Source of the DNA: a virus
Taxonomy: Duplodnaviria > Caudoviricetes
Strand: one strand, 5' to 3'
DNA: 63,414 bases
IMG/VR virus record: IMGVR_UViG_3300029822_000009
Coordinates: 1-63,414 of that record
The notes below the pieces were generated by a model, which saw nothing but the letters and a program-made list of their open reading frames with translations, ran no database searches and was not told the DNA's origin. Every line of letters begins with the position of its first letter. The stretch's first letter is position 1. This document shows, piece by piece, positions 9,685-19,104 of this stretch. A program made the translations under genes and the position numbers.

Positions 9685-11220
9685 TTAAATATCGGTTATT
9701 AATGTACCATTAGAATCATATTCTACTAATGTTTCGGTTATTGTATAATCTAAATTAATAATACCTTTTATATCTTGTCCTGATGGATTTTTACCATAAA
9801 ATATTACAGTTCCATCGTCATTTGTCGTCATTGTTTTTATTGTATAACCAGATGCAATAGGTGTAGTAGAAATAGATGATTTAGAATTTGTATTCACTGA
9901 ATAAATATCATTTTTAGTATAAATTATAAAACCATTAATAAACTCAGTCATTTTAGTCTGTAATTCAATAGGTCCATTTATATGTTCACTACTATTATTA
10001 ATATCTAAATATGTGTTTGTATATGTTAAATCATCTTTTGATATTGATAACAACATGTTATCATATTTATTAAAGAAATAAATATTATTATTATATGTAT
10101 ATTCATATATGAGTTTTCTTTCTAATCCCATAGGATTTTCCATACTTTTATCAATTGATTTTTCATATTGAATAAATATTGAATCATTAACCGAATCATA
10201 TATAAATTTATAATAATCATATTCACTATCCCAATTATCTTCAATTATAAGATATAAATTATCATTTAAAACAAAACTAAGATGAATAGGTAATAATGTA
10301 CTTACGGTATCATTCCATATGATGTTTTGATCTAATTTTGAATATGTTCCATTTTTTGTAATATAATTATATTGATTGACATCACTTTTATAAACAATAT
10401 GGTCATCAAACATATGAAAATCCATAAAATTACTATCATATATATAACTATCATATACAATACTAGTATTTGGTATATCACCACTTAAATCTACCTCTAT
10501 AATTTTATTATAATTATTTAAGAAATAAAATTTTGTACTATCAACATTTCTATAAAAAGGATCATTAAATGATTTCGTAATTTTATCATTATATAAACTA
10601 ATACTATGACCAACATCATAAAATTTACCATCATTTAAATTATATAATATATTACTATAATCTACAACGGTATAACTAGTATCTATAACAAAATCAACTG
10701 TATCATAATAAACTAACCACATGTCATCATTAACAAATGTAGTATCTACAACGTTAATATAATTTGTAGTCGAATCAATATGTGCACTATCATATACTGT
10801 TATATATTCATGAGTTAATACTTCATAACTAACATCAATATAATTACCATAAAATAAAATATAATTTTTATTAATTGTAAAAAAATCATCAATACCTGTA
10901 ATTTTAATAGATCCTTCATCTGATAATCTAAGTGTATCAATACTACCGTTAATATCCTCAATTAATACATAATTATCAGTAGTTTCACTTGATTTTACAG
11001 TATAATAATTAGATGGTATACTATGTATAATATTAGAATTATACATTTTTTTAAGTGAACTAATATCACTAGTATATCTACCAATAACTAAACCACTTTG
11101 ATAATTTGGTTTATCTGGATTAGTTGGAACAATATCAAAAATATCATCTTTTTCACATGATATAAATATTACTGATATTAGTAATGTTAAAAATAAATAA
11201 AATAATTTTTTCATATTCAT
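9685..11220 (-). CDS. Lipoprotein, probably surface-exposed and beta-rich
   Basis: MKKLFYLFLTLLISVIFIS-C signal peptide II followed by EKDD. Confidence 0.75.
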   Translation of the reverse strand: MNMKKLFYLFLTLLISVIFISCEKDDIFDIVPTNPDKPNYQSGLVIGRYTSDISSLKKMYNSNIIHSIPSNYYTVKSSETTDNYVLIEDINGSIDTLRLSDEGSIKITGIDDFFTINKNYILFYGNYIDVSYEVLTHEYITVYDSAHIDSTTNYINVVDTTFVNDDMWLVYYDTVDFVIDTSYTVVDYSNILYNLNDGKFYDVGHSISLYNDKITKSFNDPFYRNVDSTKFYFLNNYNKIIEVDLSGDIPNTSIVYDSYIYDSNFMDFHMFDDHIVYKSDVNQYNYITKNGTYSKLDQNIIWNDTVSTLLPIHLSFVLNDNLYLIIEDNWDSEYDYYKFIYDSVNDSIFIQYEKSIDKSMENPMGLERKLIYEYTYNNNIYFFNKYDNMLLSISKDDLTYTNTYLDINNSSEHINGPIELQTKMTEFINGFIIYTKNDIYSVNTNSKSSISTTPIASGYTIKTMTTNDDGTVIFYGKNPSGQDIKGIINLDYTITETLVEYDSNGTLITDI

Positions 11221-11269
11221 ATAGTTTTAATTTTTAGGATTTATAAAATTAATCGCACAAAAATAATAA

Positions 11270-12562
11270 TTAATTTTTAATTATACAAATATTTTCATAT
11301 AAATTATTTAAAATATAATTAATATTATCTGTATATTTAATTCTTATTAATTTAATATTATTTTTTTCACAATATTCATTTTTTATTTTATCTTTAATCT
11401 TTTGGTTTTCTAATGATTTTTTACCACCAAATATAGATATTGGCTTAAAATGTTGAATACCATCATACTCAATACATATATTATAATCAGGCAAATAAAA
11501 ATCAAATGGTAATGGTTTATTATTTTTACAATTTTCGAATCTTTTTTGATAATAATATTTTATATTAACACTATCTAATAATTTTTTAATTAATTTTTCA
11601 CCTTTTGATGTTTTACAAATAGGACAACCACTACCGTTTAAATGATGTAAAGGTTGCTGTTCAAATATACCATGAAAAGGACATATAATTTTTATTTTAA
11701 CACGATTATTTATATAATCAACTAATGAATAATCATATTTAAAATTATGAACTATATTAGATCTATCTATAAAAATATTATTATTTAAACTAATTTTATC
11801 ATTTATACATTTTACACATCCATTGCCATTTAAGTGATTAGAAGGAGTTTGTTCAAAAATTCCATGTTTTTTACATATAATTTTAACATTTGATTTACTA
11901 TTAATATATTTAGTTAAAGAATAATCATATTTATTATTATGTACTTTATTAGATTCATCTATAAATTCTTTTGTTGTTTTATTTTTACCGGCACATTTTG
12001 CACATCCATTATTATTTATATGACTAATTGGCATTTGTTTAAATACACCATGTTCTTTACATATTATTTTAACTTTAGTATATGCATTTATATAATTAAC
12101 TAAAGAATAATCATATTTTTCACCATGTACTTTTTTAGAATCTATTATAAATTGTTCTGTAGTTTTTCTCGAAACACCACTACATATTGGACAACCTTGA
12201 CCATTTAAATGATTATTTGGTTGTTGATTAAATACACCATGTTCTTTACATATTATTTTAACTTTAGTATATGCATTTTTATAATCGATTAAAGAATAAT
12301 CATATTTTTCACCATGTATTTTTTTAGATTCTAATATAAACTGTTTAGTAGTTTTTGTATTTGATTTGTTTGTACATTTTAAGCATTTTGATCCTCTTAA
12401 ATGAGACATAGGCAATTGTTCAAATATACCATGTTCTTTACATATTATTTTAACCTTAGTTTTATTATTTATATATTTAACTAATGAATAGTCATAATAA
12501 TTATTATGAATTTTATTTGATCTTATTATAAATTCACTGGTATTTAATCTTCTTGTACTCAT
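11270..12562 (-). CDS. Free-standing homing-endonuclease-like protein: five Cys/His repeats plus a Vsr/EDxHD-like nuclease
   Basis: 5x YDYS..Y.N...KVKIIC..HG.F.Q.P..H...GC..C; C-terminal PFDFYLPDYNICIEYDGIQHF. Confidence 0.8.
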   Translation of the reverse strand: MSTRRLNTSEFIIRSNKIHNNYYDYSLVKYINNKTKVKIICKEHGIFEQLPMSHLRGSKCLKCTNKSNTKTTKQFILESKKIHGEKYDYSLIDYKNAYTKVKIICKEHGVFNQQPNNHLNGQGCPICSGVSRKTTEQFIIDSKKVHGEKYDYSLVNYINAYTKVKIICKEHGVFKQMPISHINNNGCAKCAGKNKTTKEFIDESNKVHNNKYDYSLTKYINSKSNVKIICKKHGIFEQTPSNHLNGNGCVKCINDKISLNNNIFIDRSNIVHNFKYDYSLVDYINNRVKIKIICPFHGIFEQQPLHHLNGSGCPICKTSKGEKLIKKLLDSVNIKYYYQKRFENCKNNKPLPFDFYLPDYNICIEYDGIQHFKPISIFGGKKSLENQKIKDKIKNEYCEKNNIKLIRIKYTDNINYILNNLYENICIIKN

Positions 12563-12596
12563 ATCACTATATATAATATTTAAATTGTCAAAAAAC

Positions 12597-12618
12597 GACT
12601 TTTTTTTATTAATATATA
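12597..12618 (+). promoter_or_regulatory. Bipartite putative late promoter GA[CG]TTT-N10-TATATA (representative copy)
   Basis: Same spacing at 24428, 46122, 56180, 59601, 63363 (+) and 6601, 45949 (-); variants at 12589 and 48081 (-). Confidence 0.7.
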
Positions 12619-12703
12619 AATATAGATTTTATGAATCTAAAAAATAAAAAACATGCAACATATAAAGATGTTGTAAGTTTTTAAAAAACAATTAATTATA
12701 AAA

Positions 12704-13984
12704 ATGAAAAATTGGAAATTTGATTTGTTTAATTTCAAACAAGGATTAACACTTGATCAACTTGAAATTTCATCAATTGTTGAAAAACATTTACACAGAT
12801 TTGATACAATGTCTGAAAAACAACTAACTGAATCATTAAAAAATAGTTTAAAAGATTATAGTTATGATACAGATGTTAAGAAATTACTTGAAAGTTTTGA
12901 TGAAGAGTTAGAAAGTATGCCACTACTATACGAATTAAAAGATTTGTATAAAAAAGTAGAGGGTAAGAATTATGGAATGTTATATAGAGAACCATTAAAT
13001 AAAATCTTAGATATTATATCTAAAGATGATGATTCAACTAGAATGGAACATATTTTGAATGAACTAGCTCTTTATGACTGGGTACCTGAGATTAAAATAT
13101 TTATGAATAAACTGACTACTGATCCAGTAGAAAGAAAAAATATGAATTCTAATGGTGGTAAACAAAGTAAAATATTTACTGTGGTTGACGAGATTGAAGA
13201 AGGTCATGTTGCATTTATAGGTGACAGGTGGTTTATGTTAACAGAAAAAGAAATTAAACAGTGTGTTTTAAGAGATGTTGTTAAGGATGAAAATAAATTA
13301 AAAGTATTAGAAAATTTAGAAAAAGCTATGAGACTTTCTAATTTTGAAAAAGAGACTATTAATTTTAGAATTGATGAGAATTTATCAATTGGTTTAAGTA
13401 TGAATAAAAAATTATATTTAAATGGTGAAGAAGCTGACAAAGAATCTACACTAGAAGATTTATTTAATTCACCAATAGTACCATTCTTAAAAAAGAATTA
13501 TTATCATGTAATTGAGTCTGTTTCTAAAAATATTGATAAAATTGTTGATTTAGATGTTGCTTGTAAAATAACTAATTTAACAAAACCTATGACTGAAACA
13601 TTTGCATTTAATTATAAAGATAAAATGTATGTTTATAATGTTGATAAAAGAACAGGATCATTTTTATTTGAATATGATTCTGCTAATCAACTTATTCAAG
13701 ATGTACAGAGAGAAATGGGATATGATTTAACTGACTTCTTTGAAAATAAACTTTCAAAAGAGTTAAGACATTTCAAGAAACTAGAGGATAGAGAAAAACA
13801 AATTGAAATGAAAATTAAAGAAGTTAATGAATCTATTGACGAACTTAAAGAAAATGAAGATATTCTTAAAGAATCTACAGAATTAAAAGCAGCATTTGAT
13901 AATCTTTTAATTTACAAACATAATTTAACAAAAGATTTAAATCAAATTAAAGATCAAAAAGCACAAGAAAGAAAGAAACTTTAA
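12704..13984 (+). CDS. Acidic coiled-coil protein, possibly head-associated
   Basis: ORF track; late-type promoter; C-terminal heptads. Confidence 0.6.
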   Translation: MKNWKFDLFNFKQGLTLDQLEISSIVEKHLHRFDTMSEKQLTESLKNSLKDYSYDTDVKKLLESFDEELESMPLLYELKDLYKKVEGKNYGMLYREPLNKILDIISKDDDSTRMEHILNELALYDWVPEIKIFMNKLTTDPVERKNMNSNGGKQSKIFTVVDEIEEGHVAFIGDRWFMLTEKEIKQCVLRDVVKDENKLKVLENLEKAMRLSNFEKETINFRIDENLSIGLSMNKKLYLNGEEADKESTLEDLFNSPIVPFLKKNYYHVIESVSKNIDKIVDLDVACKITNLTKPMTETFAFNYKDKMYVYNVDKRTGSFLFEYDSANQLIQDVQREMGYDLTDFFENKLSKELRHFKKLEDREKQIEMKIKEVNESIDELKENEDILKESTELKAAFDNLLIYKHNLTKDLNQIKDQKAQERKKL

Positions 13985-14005
13985 TAATTTAAAGTTAATT
14001 ATTTA

Positions 14006-14031
14006 AAGGGAGTTGTTTAACTCCCTTTTTT
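14006..14031. terminator. Bidirectional terminator
   Basis: aaagggagtt..aactcccttttt between convergent genes. Confidence 0.6.
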
Positions 14032-14226
14032 AATTTTTTTAATTTTTAATTTTCTTAAAGCCAGTTCAACCTTTTCAATTCCTATTTTTTCAATTAAATA
14101 TTCAACTGAATTATTTTTAATTGCTACATCAACAGGATCTTCTTCTTTTTCAATTGTCCACATTGAATATGCATCATTTTTCCTTTTGATGAAATCACTA
14201 TAAAATATTTTATCTTTTTTATACAT
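14017..14226 (-). CDS. Small protein, IGIEKVELALRKLKIKKI
   Basis: ORF track; paralog of 14219..14386. Confidence 0.65.
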   Translation of the reverse strand: MYKKDKIFYSDFIKRKNDAYSMWTIEKEEDPVDVAIKNNSVEYLIEKIGIEKVELALRKLKIKKIKKGS

Positions 14227-14386
14227 TTTTAATTATTTTATTAAGTTTAATTTTTCTTAATTCTAATTCAATTTTCTCTATACCAATTATTTCGATGATA
14301 TCTTTAATGGAATAGTCATTTAATATAACTTTTATATTATATTGTTCATCGACATAAATTTTATATGCATTATCTCCGTCTTCCAT
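14219..14386 (-). CDS. 55-aa protein, IGIEKIELELRKIKLNKI
   Basis: Manual translation MEDGDNAYKIYVDEQ...RKIKLNKIIKNV; not in the ORF track. Confidence 0.65.
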   Translation of the reverse strand: MEDGDNAYKIYVDEQYNIKVILNDYSIKDIIEIIGIEKIELELRKIKLNKIIKNV

Positions 14387-14397
14387 ATTATAATTAT

Positions 14398-15048
14398 TTA
14401 ATTTATTTTTTCAATAAAAACTTCAAGATGATCTTTATTATATTTAATTCCAAAAGATGGTTTAAATGGATTTTGTCTACCTTTAAAATTTAATATATTA
14501 AACTCTTTATCTGTTTTGTGTTTATCTTTTAATAGTTTTTTATATTCTATTTTTAATGCAAATTCAAAATCATCCATTGTTGTTTTAACCCAACTACCAT
14601 TTGATTCAATTATTTGTTCTGGTCTTAGATGTTCACCTAAATGATGCCATAATTCACCATTATACTCAAATACTTTAGGTTTTTTAAGAACACAAGCATA
14701 ATCTTTATAACAATTTATATCTTTAACTTTTATTTTTCGATTCTTTAAAAGTTTAATATAAGTCGGATTTACTTTAGAAATAAATTCAATTTTGTCTGAT
14801 TTTTTTACTTCTACTGTATAAAAAATATCATCATATTTTATTCTATTACCATTATCATCTTTTAACCAATAACTCTTATTTGATATATGACCCGGTTCAT
14901 ATGTTGAACCAATTAAAAATTTATCAATATGACCATGAAGAAATGCATAACAACCTCTTTTTTTAGGAGGATTATGAAAAGACTTGTCACCTGTTTTATA
15001 TTGATCCTGATAAACTGATGATAAACCACCAAATCTTACAAATTTCAT
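14398..15048 (-). CDS. Hypothetical phage protein
   Basis: ORF track; FHNPP..RG.YAF, LWHHL, KDHLEVFIE motifs. Confidence 0.65.
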   Translation of the reverse strand: MKFVRFGGLSSVYQDQYKTGDKSFHNPPKKRGCYAFLHGHIDKFLIGSTYEPGHISNKSYWLKDDNGNRIKYDDIFYTVEVKKSDKIEFISKVNPTYIKLLKNRKIKVKDINCYKDYACVLKKPKVFEYNGELWHHLGEHLRPEQIIESNGSWVKTTMDDFEFALKIEYKKLLKDKHKTDKEFNILNFKGRQNPFKPSFGIKYNKDHLEVFIEKIN

Positions 15049-15425
15049 TTTGTTAAATTTTTAAGTTTTAATATTTTTTCCTTTCTATTTCTTAATTTTT
15101 TAAAATGTAAATAATTATCGTAATCATTTATTTCAATTGAATATATAAATGGAAATAATTTTTTATCTCTGATAAATGATTTATCATCAATTGTAATATT
15201 ATCATCCATATTAATAATATTATATAAGTAGTTAAAATCTATTAAAATATCATCATCTTTATATAAATATTTAACATTAATATTTAATATATCTACTACA
15301 TTAATATTATGAAAAATTGGTATGTCATAACTGTAAAATCTATAGTTACCATTATTACTAACAAATTTAAAGTTTTCTGGTTTTTTACTCCAACTAAACC
15401 ACATATTTTTATTTTTTTTACTCAT
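15045..15425 (-). CDS. Hypothetical protein, RKEKILKL tag
   Basis: ORF track; TAATTTTG promoter-like site at 15432-15439. Confidence 0.6.
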   Translation of the reverse strand: MSKKNKNMWFSWSKKPENFKFVSNNGNYRFYSYDIPIFHNINVVDILNINVKYLYKDDDILIDFNYLYNIINMDDNITIDDKSFIRDKKLFPFIYSIEINDYDNYLHFKKLRNRKEKILKLKNLTK

Positions 15426-15660
15426 AATCTACAAAATTAAATAAAAAAAATTTAATATCCAAATAAAAAAATTATAATTAATAATCAATCACTTAACAAA
15501 AAACCTTTAATTTTTTATCAAAAATAACGAAACCTTTTTAAATTTTTAATATATAACATATTATAAAATAAAATATGTATTTAAATGCAAAAAAGCAAGT
15601 TCTCCCCAATATACAAAGGTACTAAAATTTTATTAAATTCCAAAAAATAATCCAATAAAT

Positions 15661-16038
15661 ATGGCAAATTATTTAGAAGACAAAGATCTTTATTACGAAA
15701 TGATTTTATCGAAAGGAAAGGGTCAATTAACTAAAAACGCTCAAGATATGTTAATATTAATTGCAAAAAATACAGTTCGAAGAAAAGAAAGAAATTATAA
15801 TAATGTAGATGATAAGAATGATTGTATTCAACAAGGATTATTACATATGTTTCAAAATTGGAAAAATTTTAACTATAAGAAATATGATTATGCATTACCA
15901 TATTTTACAGAAATATTTAAGAGAGGTATAGCAGACGGTATGAATATATTGAATAATAAAAAGAGTTATAATGATGATGTTATAAAAATGATAAGTATTG
16001 ACAGATCAAATGACGGTAAAGGGTTACATACTTTTTAA
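15661..16038 (+). CDS. Late sigma factor (T4 gp55-like, short)
   Basis: NYLEDKDLY, MLILIA, DCIQQGL...WKNFN....ALPYFTEI pattern. Confidence 0.7.
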   Translation: MANYLEDKDLYYEMILSKGKGQLTKNAQDMLILIAKNTVRRKERNYNNVDDKNDCIQQGLLHMFQNWKNFNYKKYDYALPYFTEIFKRGIADGMNILNNKKSYNDDVIKMISIDRSNDGKGLHTF

Positions 16039-16101
16039 TTTTTATAAATTATTCATTTATAGTTTTTAATTTTTAATATATACTAAAAAAGTACAAATAT
16101 T

Positions 16102-16596
16102 ATGATATCATTTTTTAAAAAACTAAAAAAATCCGAAATTGTCATTGTAGATGATAATGAATATTATGCTCAACTTATTAAAGCTAATATTTATAAAAAG
16201 GGATTTACTAATATTAAAATATTTAATGAAGGAGAAACTGCAGTTGATTATATAAATAAAAATAAACCTATTTGCGTAATATTAGATCATATATTAACAT
16301 CAAACGGATTAAATGGTGACGGAGTTCTTAAAAAAATTAAAAAATACAACAATAATATAAATGTTATTATAATTTCTGCTCAAGAAGATGTTAAAACAGC
16401 AGCTGAATTAATGAAGTTAGGTGCATTTGATTATATTATAAAAAATGAAGACATGACGTTTTTTAATCTAGAAAATTCTTTATCAAAATTAGAAAGAATA
16501 TTAGTTATCGATAATAATAAGATATTAACAGTGTCTCTTATTTTAATGGGTATTATATTTATATTAATGTATATATTTTTATCAAATATATTATAA
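16102..16596 (+). CDS. Response regulator receiver domain with C-terminal TM helix
   Basis: IVIVDD, VILDH, NGDGVL, IIISAQ, GAFDYIIK; hydrophobic tail. Confidence 0.85.
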   Translation: MISFFKKLKKSEIVIVDDNEYYAQLIKANIYKKGFTNIKIFNEGETAVDYINKNKPICVILDHILTSNGLNGDGVLKKIKKYNNNINVIIISAQEDVKTAAELMKLGAFDYIIKNEDMTFFNLENSLSKLERILVIDNNKILTVSLILMGIIFILMYIFLSNIL

Positions 16597-16600
16597 AATA

Positions 16601-17095
16601 ATGAGTTCAAATAAATCAAAATTTAATAATAAATATAAACAAGGATTTTATCATTTACAAAATCCTAATAAATATATAGGAGATCCAACTAATATAAAAT
16701 TTAGAAGTAGTTGGGAATATGCATTTTGTACATTTTTAGATATGAATGATAAAATAATAAGGTGGTCATGTGAACAGCCCGTTATAACTTATCAAGATTT
16801 AAGAAATAAAACACATAGATATTATCCTGATTTTTATTACCAAATGTGTATAGATGGAGATCCACATAAATATAAACAGGTAATAGTAGAAATAAAACCA
16901 CAAAGTGAATTATACCCACCTAAAAGACCATTAAATGAAACAGCAAAAGCATTAGAAAATTATGAATATGCAGTAAGAACACATGTAAAGAATAAGTTAA
17001 AGTGGAATGCTGCGATAGATTATGCCAAAAATCATAATGCTGAATTTATTATAATTACTGAAAAACATTTAAAACAAAAAGGTCTTTTAAGATAA
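16601..17095 (+). CDS. Head completion nuclease (T4 gp4-like)
   Basis: YKQGFY..NP.KY.GDP..I.FRSSWE, WSCE, HRYYPDF, VEIKP, N..KW.AA, F.IITE. Confidence 0.85.
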   Translation: MSSNKSKFNNKYKQGFYHLQNPNKYIGDPTNIKFRSSWEYAFCTFLDMNDKIIRWSCEQPVITYQDLRNKTHRYYPDFYYQMCIDGDPHKYKQVIVEIKPQSELYPPKRPLNETAKALENYEYAVRTHVKNKLKWNAAIDYAKNHNAEFIIITEKHLKQKGLLR

Positions 17096-18150
17096 TGAAA
17101 AGAAAACCAAGGAATTATTGGACAAAAGATAAATGTCAAATAGAGGCTTTAAAGTATAATTCCATGAACGACTTTAAAAGAGGTAATAATGCAGCATATA
17201 GTGCATCTTATAGAAATAATTGGATAAATGATATATGTTCACATATGATACCAAAACAAAAACCAAAGGGATATTGGACTTACGAAAGATGTAAAGAAGA
17301 ATCATTAAAATATAAAACTATCACAGAATTACAAAATAATTGTTCAACTGCGTATAAAATAATAAGGGAAAATAAATGGAATGAATTATGTTTACATATG
17401 GTAAGTTCACAAAAACCAAAGGGGTATTGGACTTACGAAAGATGTAAAGAAGAAGCATTAAAATATAATAATAAAAGTCTTTTTCAAAAAGAGTGTGTAC
17501 AGGCATATTACAAAAGTCTTAAAAATAATTGGTTAGATGATATATGTTCACACATGAAAAATAAACAAAAACCAAAGGGATATTGGACTTACGAAAGATG
17601 TAAAGAAGAAGCATTAAAATATAAAAATAGATATGATTTTAACAGAAATTCTATGGGTGCATATAATAGAGCAATTAAAAGTAAATGGTTAGATGATATA
17701 TGTTCACATATGAAAGTACAAAAAAATAATACCAAAAGATGTATATATTCATACGAATTTAAAGATAATCATGTTTATATTGGATTAACATATAATTTAG
17801 AAAAAAGACATATTGATAGATTAAAATCAAAAAATGACCAGGTAACAAAACATATAAATGAAACAAATTTAAAACCAGTTAAAAAACAATTAACAGATTA
17901 TATAGATGTCAATGATGCTATAAAAATGGAAGGATATTATGTGAATAAATATAAAAATGACGGTTGGAATATTTTAAATAAAATAAAAACTGGTGCAATT
18001 GGCGGTAAATTAAAATGGACATATGAAAAATGTAAAGAAGAAGCATTAAAATATAAAAATAGAACAGAATTTTTTAAAAAATGTAAAGGAGCATATGCAT
18101 CATCAAGTAAAAATAGATGGTTAGATGAATTTTTCCCAAACCTGATTTAA
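17095..18150 (+). CDS. GIY-YIG-like endonuclease with five ~52-aa repeats
   Basis: CIYSYEF...VYIGLT....R, later E and LN; repeats KPxGYWTYERCKEEALKY...WLDDICSHM. Confidence 0.75.
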   Translation: MKRKPRNYWTKDKCQIEALKYNSMNDFKRGNNAAYSASYRNNWINDICSHMIPKQKPKGYWTYERCKEESLKYKTITELQNNCSTAYKIIRENKWNELCLHMVSSQKPKGYWTYERCKEEALKYNNKSLFQKECVQAYYKSLKNNWLDDICSHMKNKQKPKGYWTYERCKEEALKYKNRYDFNRNSMGAYNRAIKSKWLDDICSHMKVQKNNTKRCIYSYEFKDNHVYIGLTYNLEKRHIDRLKSKNDQVTKHINETNLKPVKKQLTDYIDVNDAIKMEGYYVNKYKNDGWNILNKIKTGAIGGKLKWTYEKCKEEALKYKNRTEFFKKCKGAYASSSKNRWLDEFFPNLI

Positions 18151-18173
18151 TATATACAATAAAAAATACATTT

Positions 18174-19103
18174 ATGAAATATATTCAAACCTTTGAAAAA
18201 TTCACACATTTTGATATTTGTCCACTTTGTTTAGAAAAGTATTTAAGTCAGTATAATAATATAAATGAAAGTATTTCAAATGTATCGTCATTACAAATAA
18301 ATATCCCATTAAAAGGTTGTGTTAATGCATGTAAGAGTTGTATTGCTAGAATACATAGTGCACATCTACAGATGAAAGAAATAAATAATAGGGTTATAGA
18401 TGACGAAAAATATTTAAAAAGTTTAGAATTAGTTAGTAATTATTGTAATAATGCTATATTAACAAGTGATAATGGAGAACCTGCACAGAACATGTCCTTT
18501 ATTAAAAAATTTGGTGAACTTAATAAAAAATTAAAGAAACCCTTTAAAGTTGAGATGCAAACAACTGGTGTTTTGATGAGTGATGAAAATTTAAAAATTT
18601 TAAAAGATATTAATTTACATACAGTATCATTATCTGTATTTGATATATTAGATTATAAGAATAATTTAGATATTATAGATGTTAAAAATAAATTATTATT
18701 TCATTTACCTACAATATGTAAAAAAATAAAGGATAATGGGTTTGTATTAAGAATTAGTATTAATCTTATAAAGGAATATGATAAATATTCAATGGGTGAA
18801 ATATTTAGTGCAGTAAAAGAATTAGGCGCTGATCAATTAACATTTAAAAACTTATGGTGTACAGATGATGATAATCCAATAAATAAATGGATTAAGGTGA
18901 ATAAAGCATCTGATAATATATTAGATAAGATATCGGAGTATTTAGATGAAAATGGTAATAAGATATCTAATGATAAATATAATTTTAATGGTATAAGTAT
19001 AAAACTAGTTGATAATTGTATGATGGGTAATTATTTAATAATTAGAAGTGATGGGCAATTATATGATAATTGGGAAAGTTGTGAACCGATTAAAATTGAA
19101 TAA
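18174..19103 (+). CDS. Radical SAM protein with MKYIQTFE leader
   Basis: CVNACKSC (CxxxCxxC), GEP, QTTG. Confidence 0.8.
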   Translation: MKYIQTFEKFTHFDICPLCLEKYLSQYNNINESISNVSSLQINIPLKGCVNACKSCIARIHSAHLQMKEINNRVIDDEKYLKSLELVSNYCNNAILTSDNGEPAQNMSFIKKFGELNKKLKKPFKVEMQTTGVLMSDENLKILKDINLHTVSLSVFDILDYKNNLDIIDVKNKLLFHLPTICKKIKDNGFVLRISINLIKEYDKYSMGEIFSAVKELGADQLTFKNLWCTDDDNPINKWIKVNKASDNILDKISEYLDENGNKISNDKYNFNGISIKLVDNCMMGNYLIIRSDGQLYDNWESCEPIKIE

Positions 19104-19104
19104 T

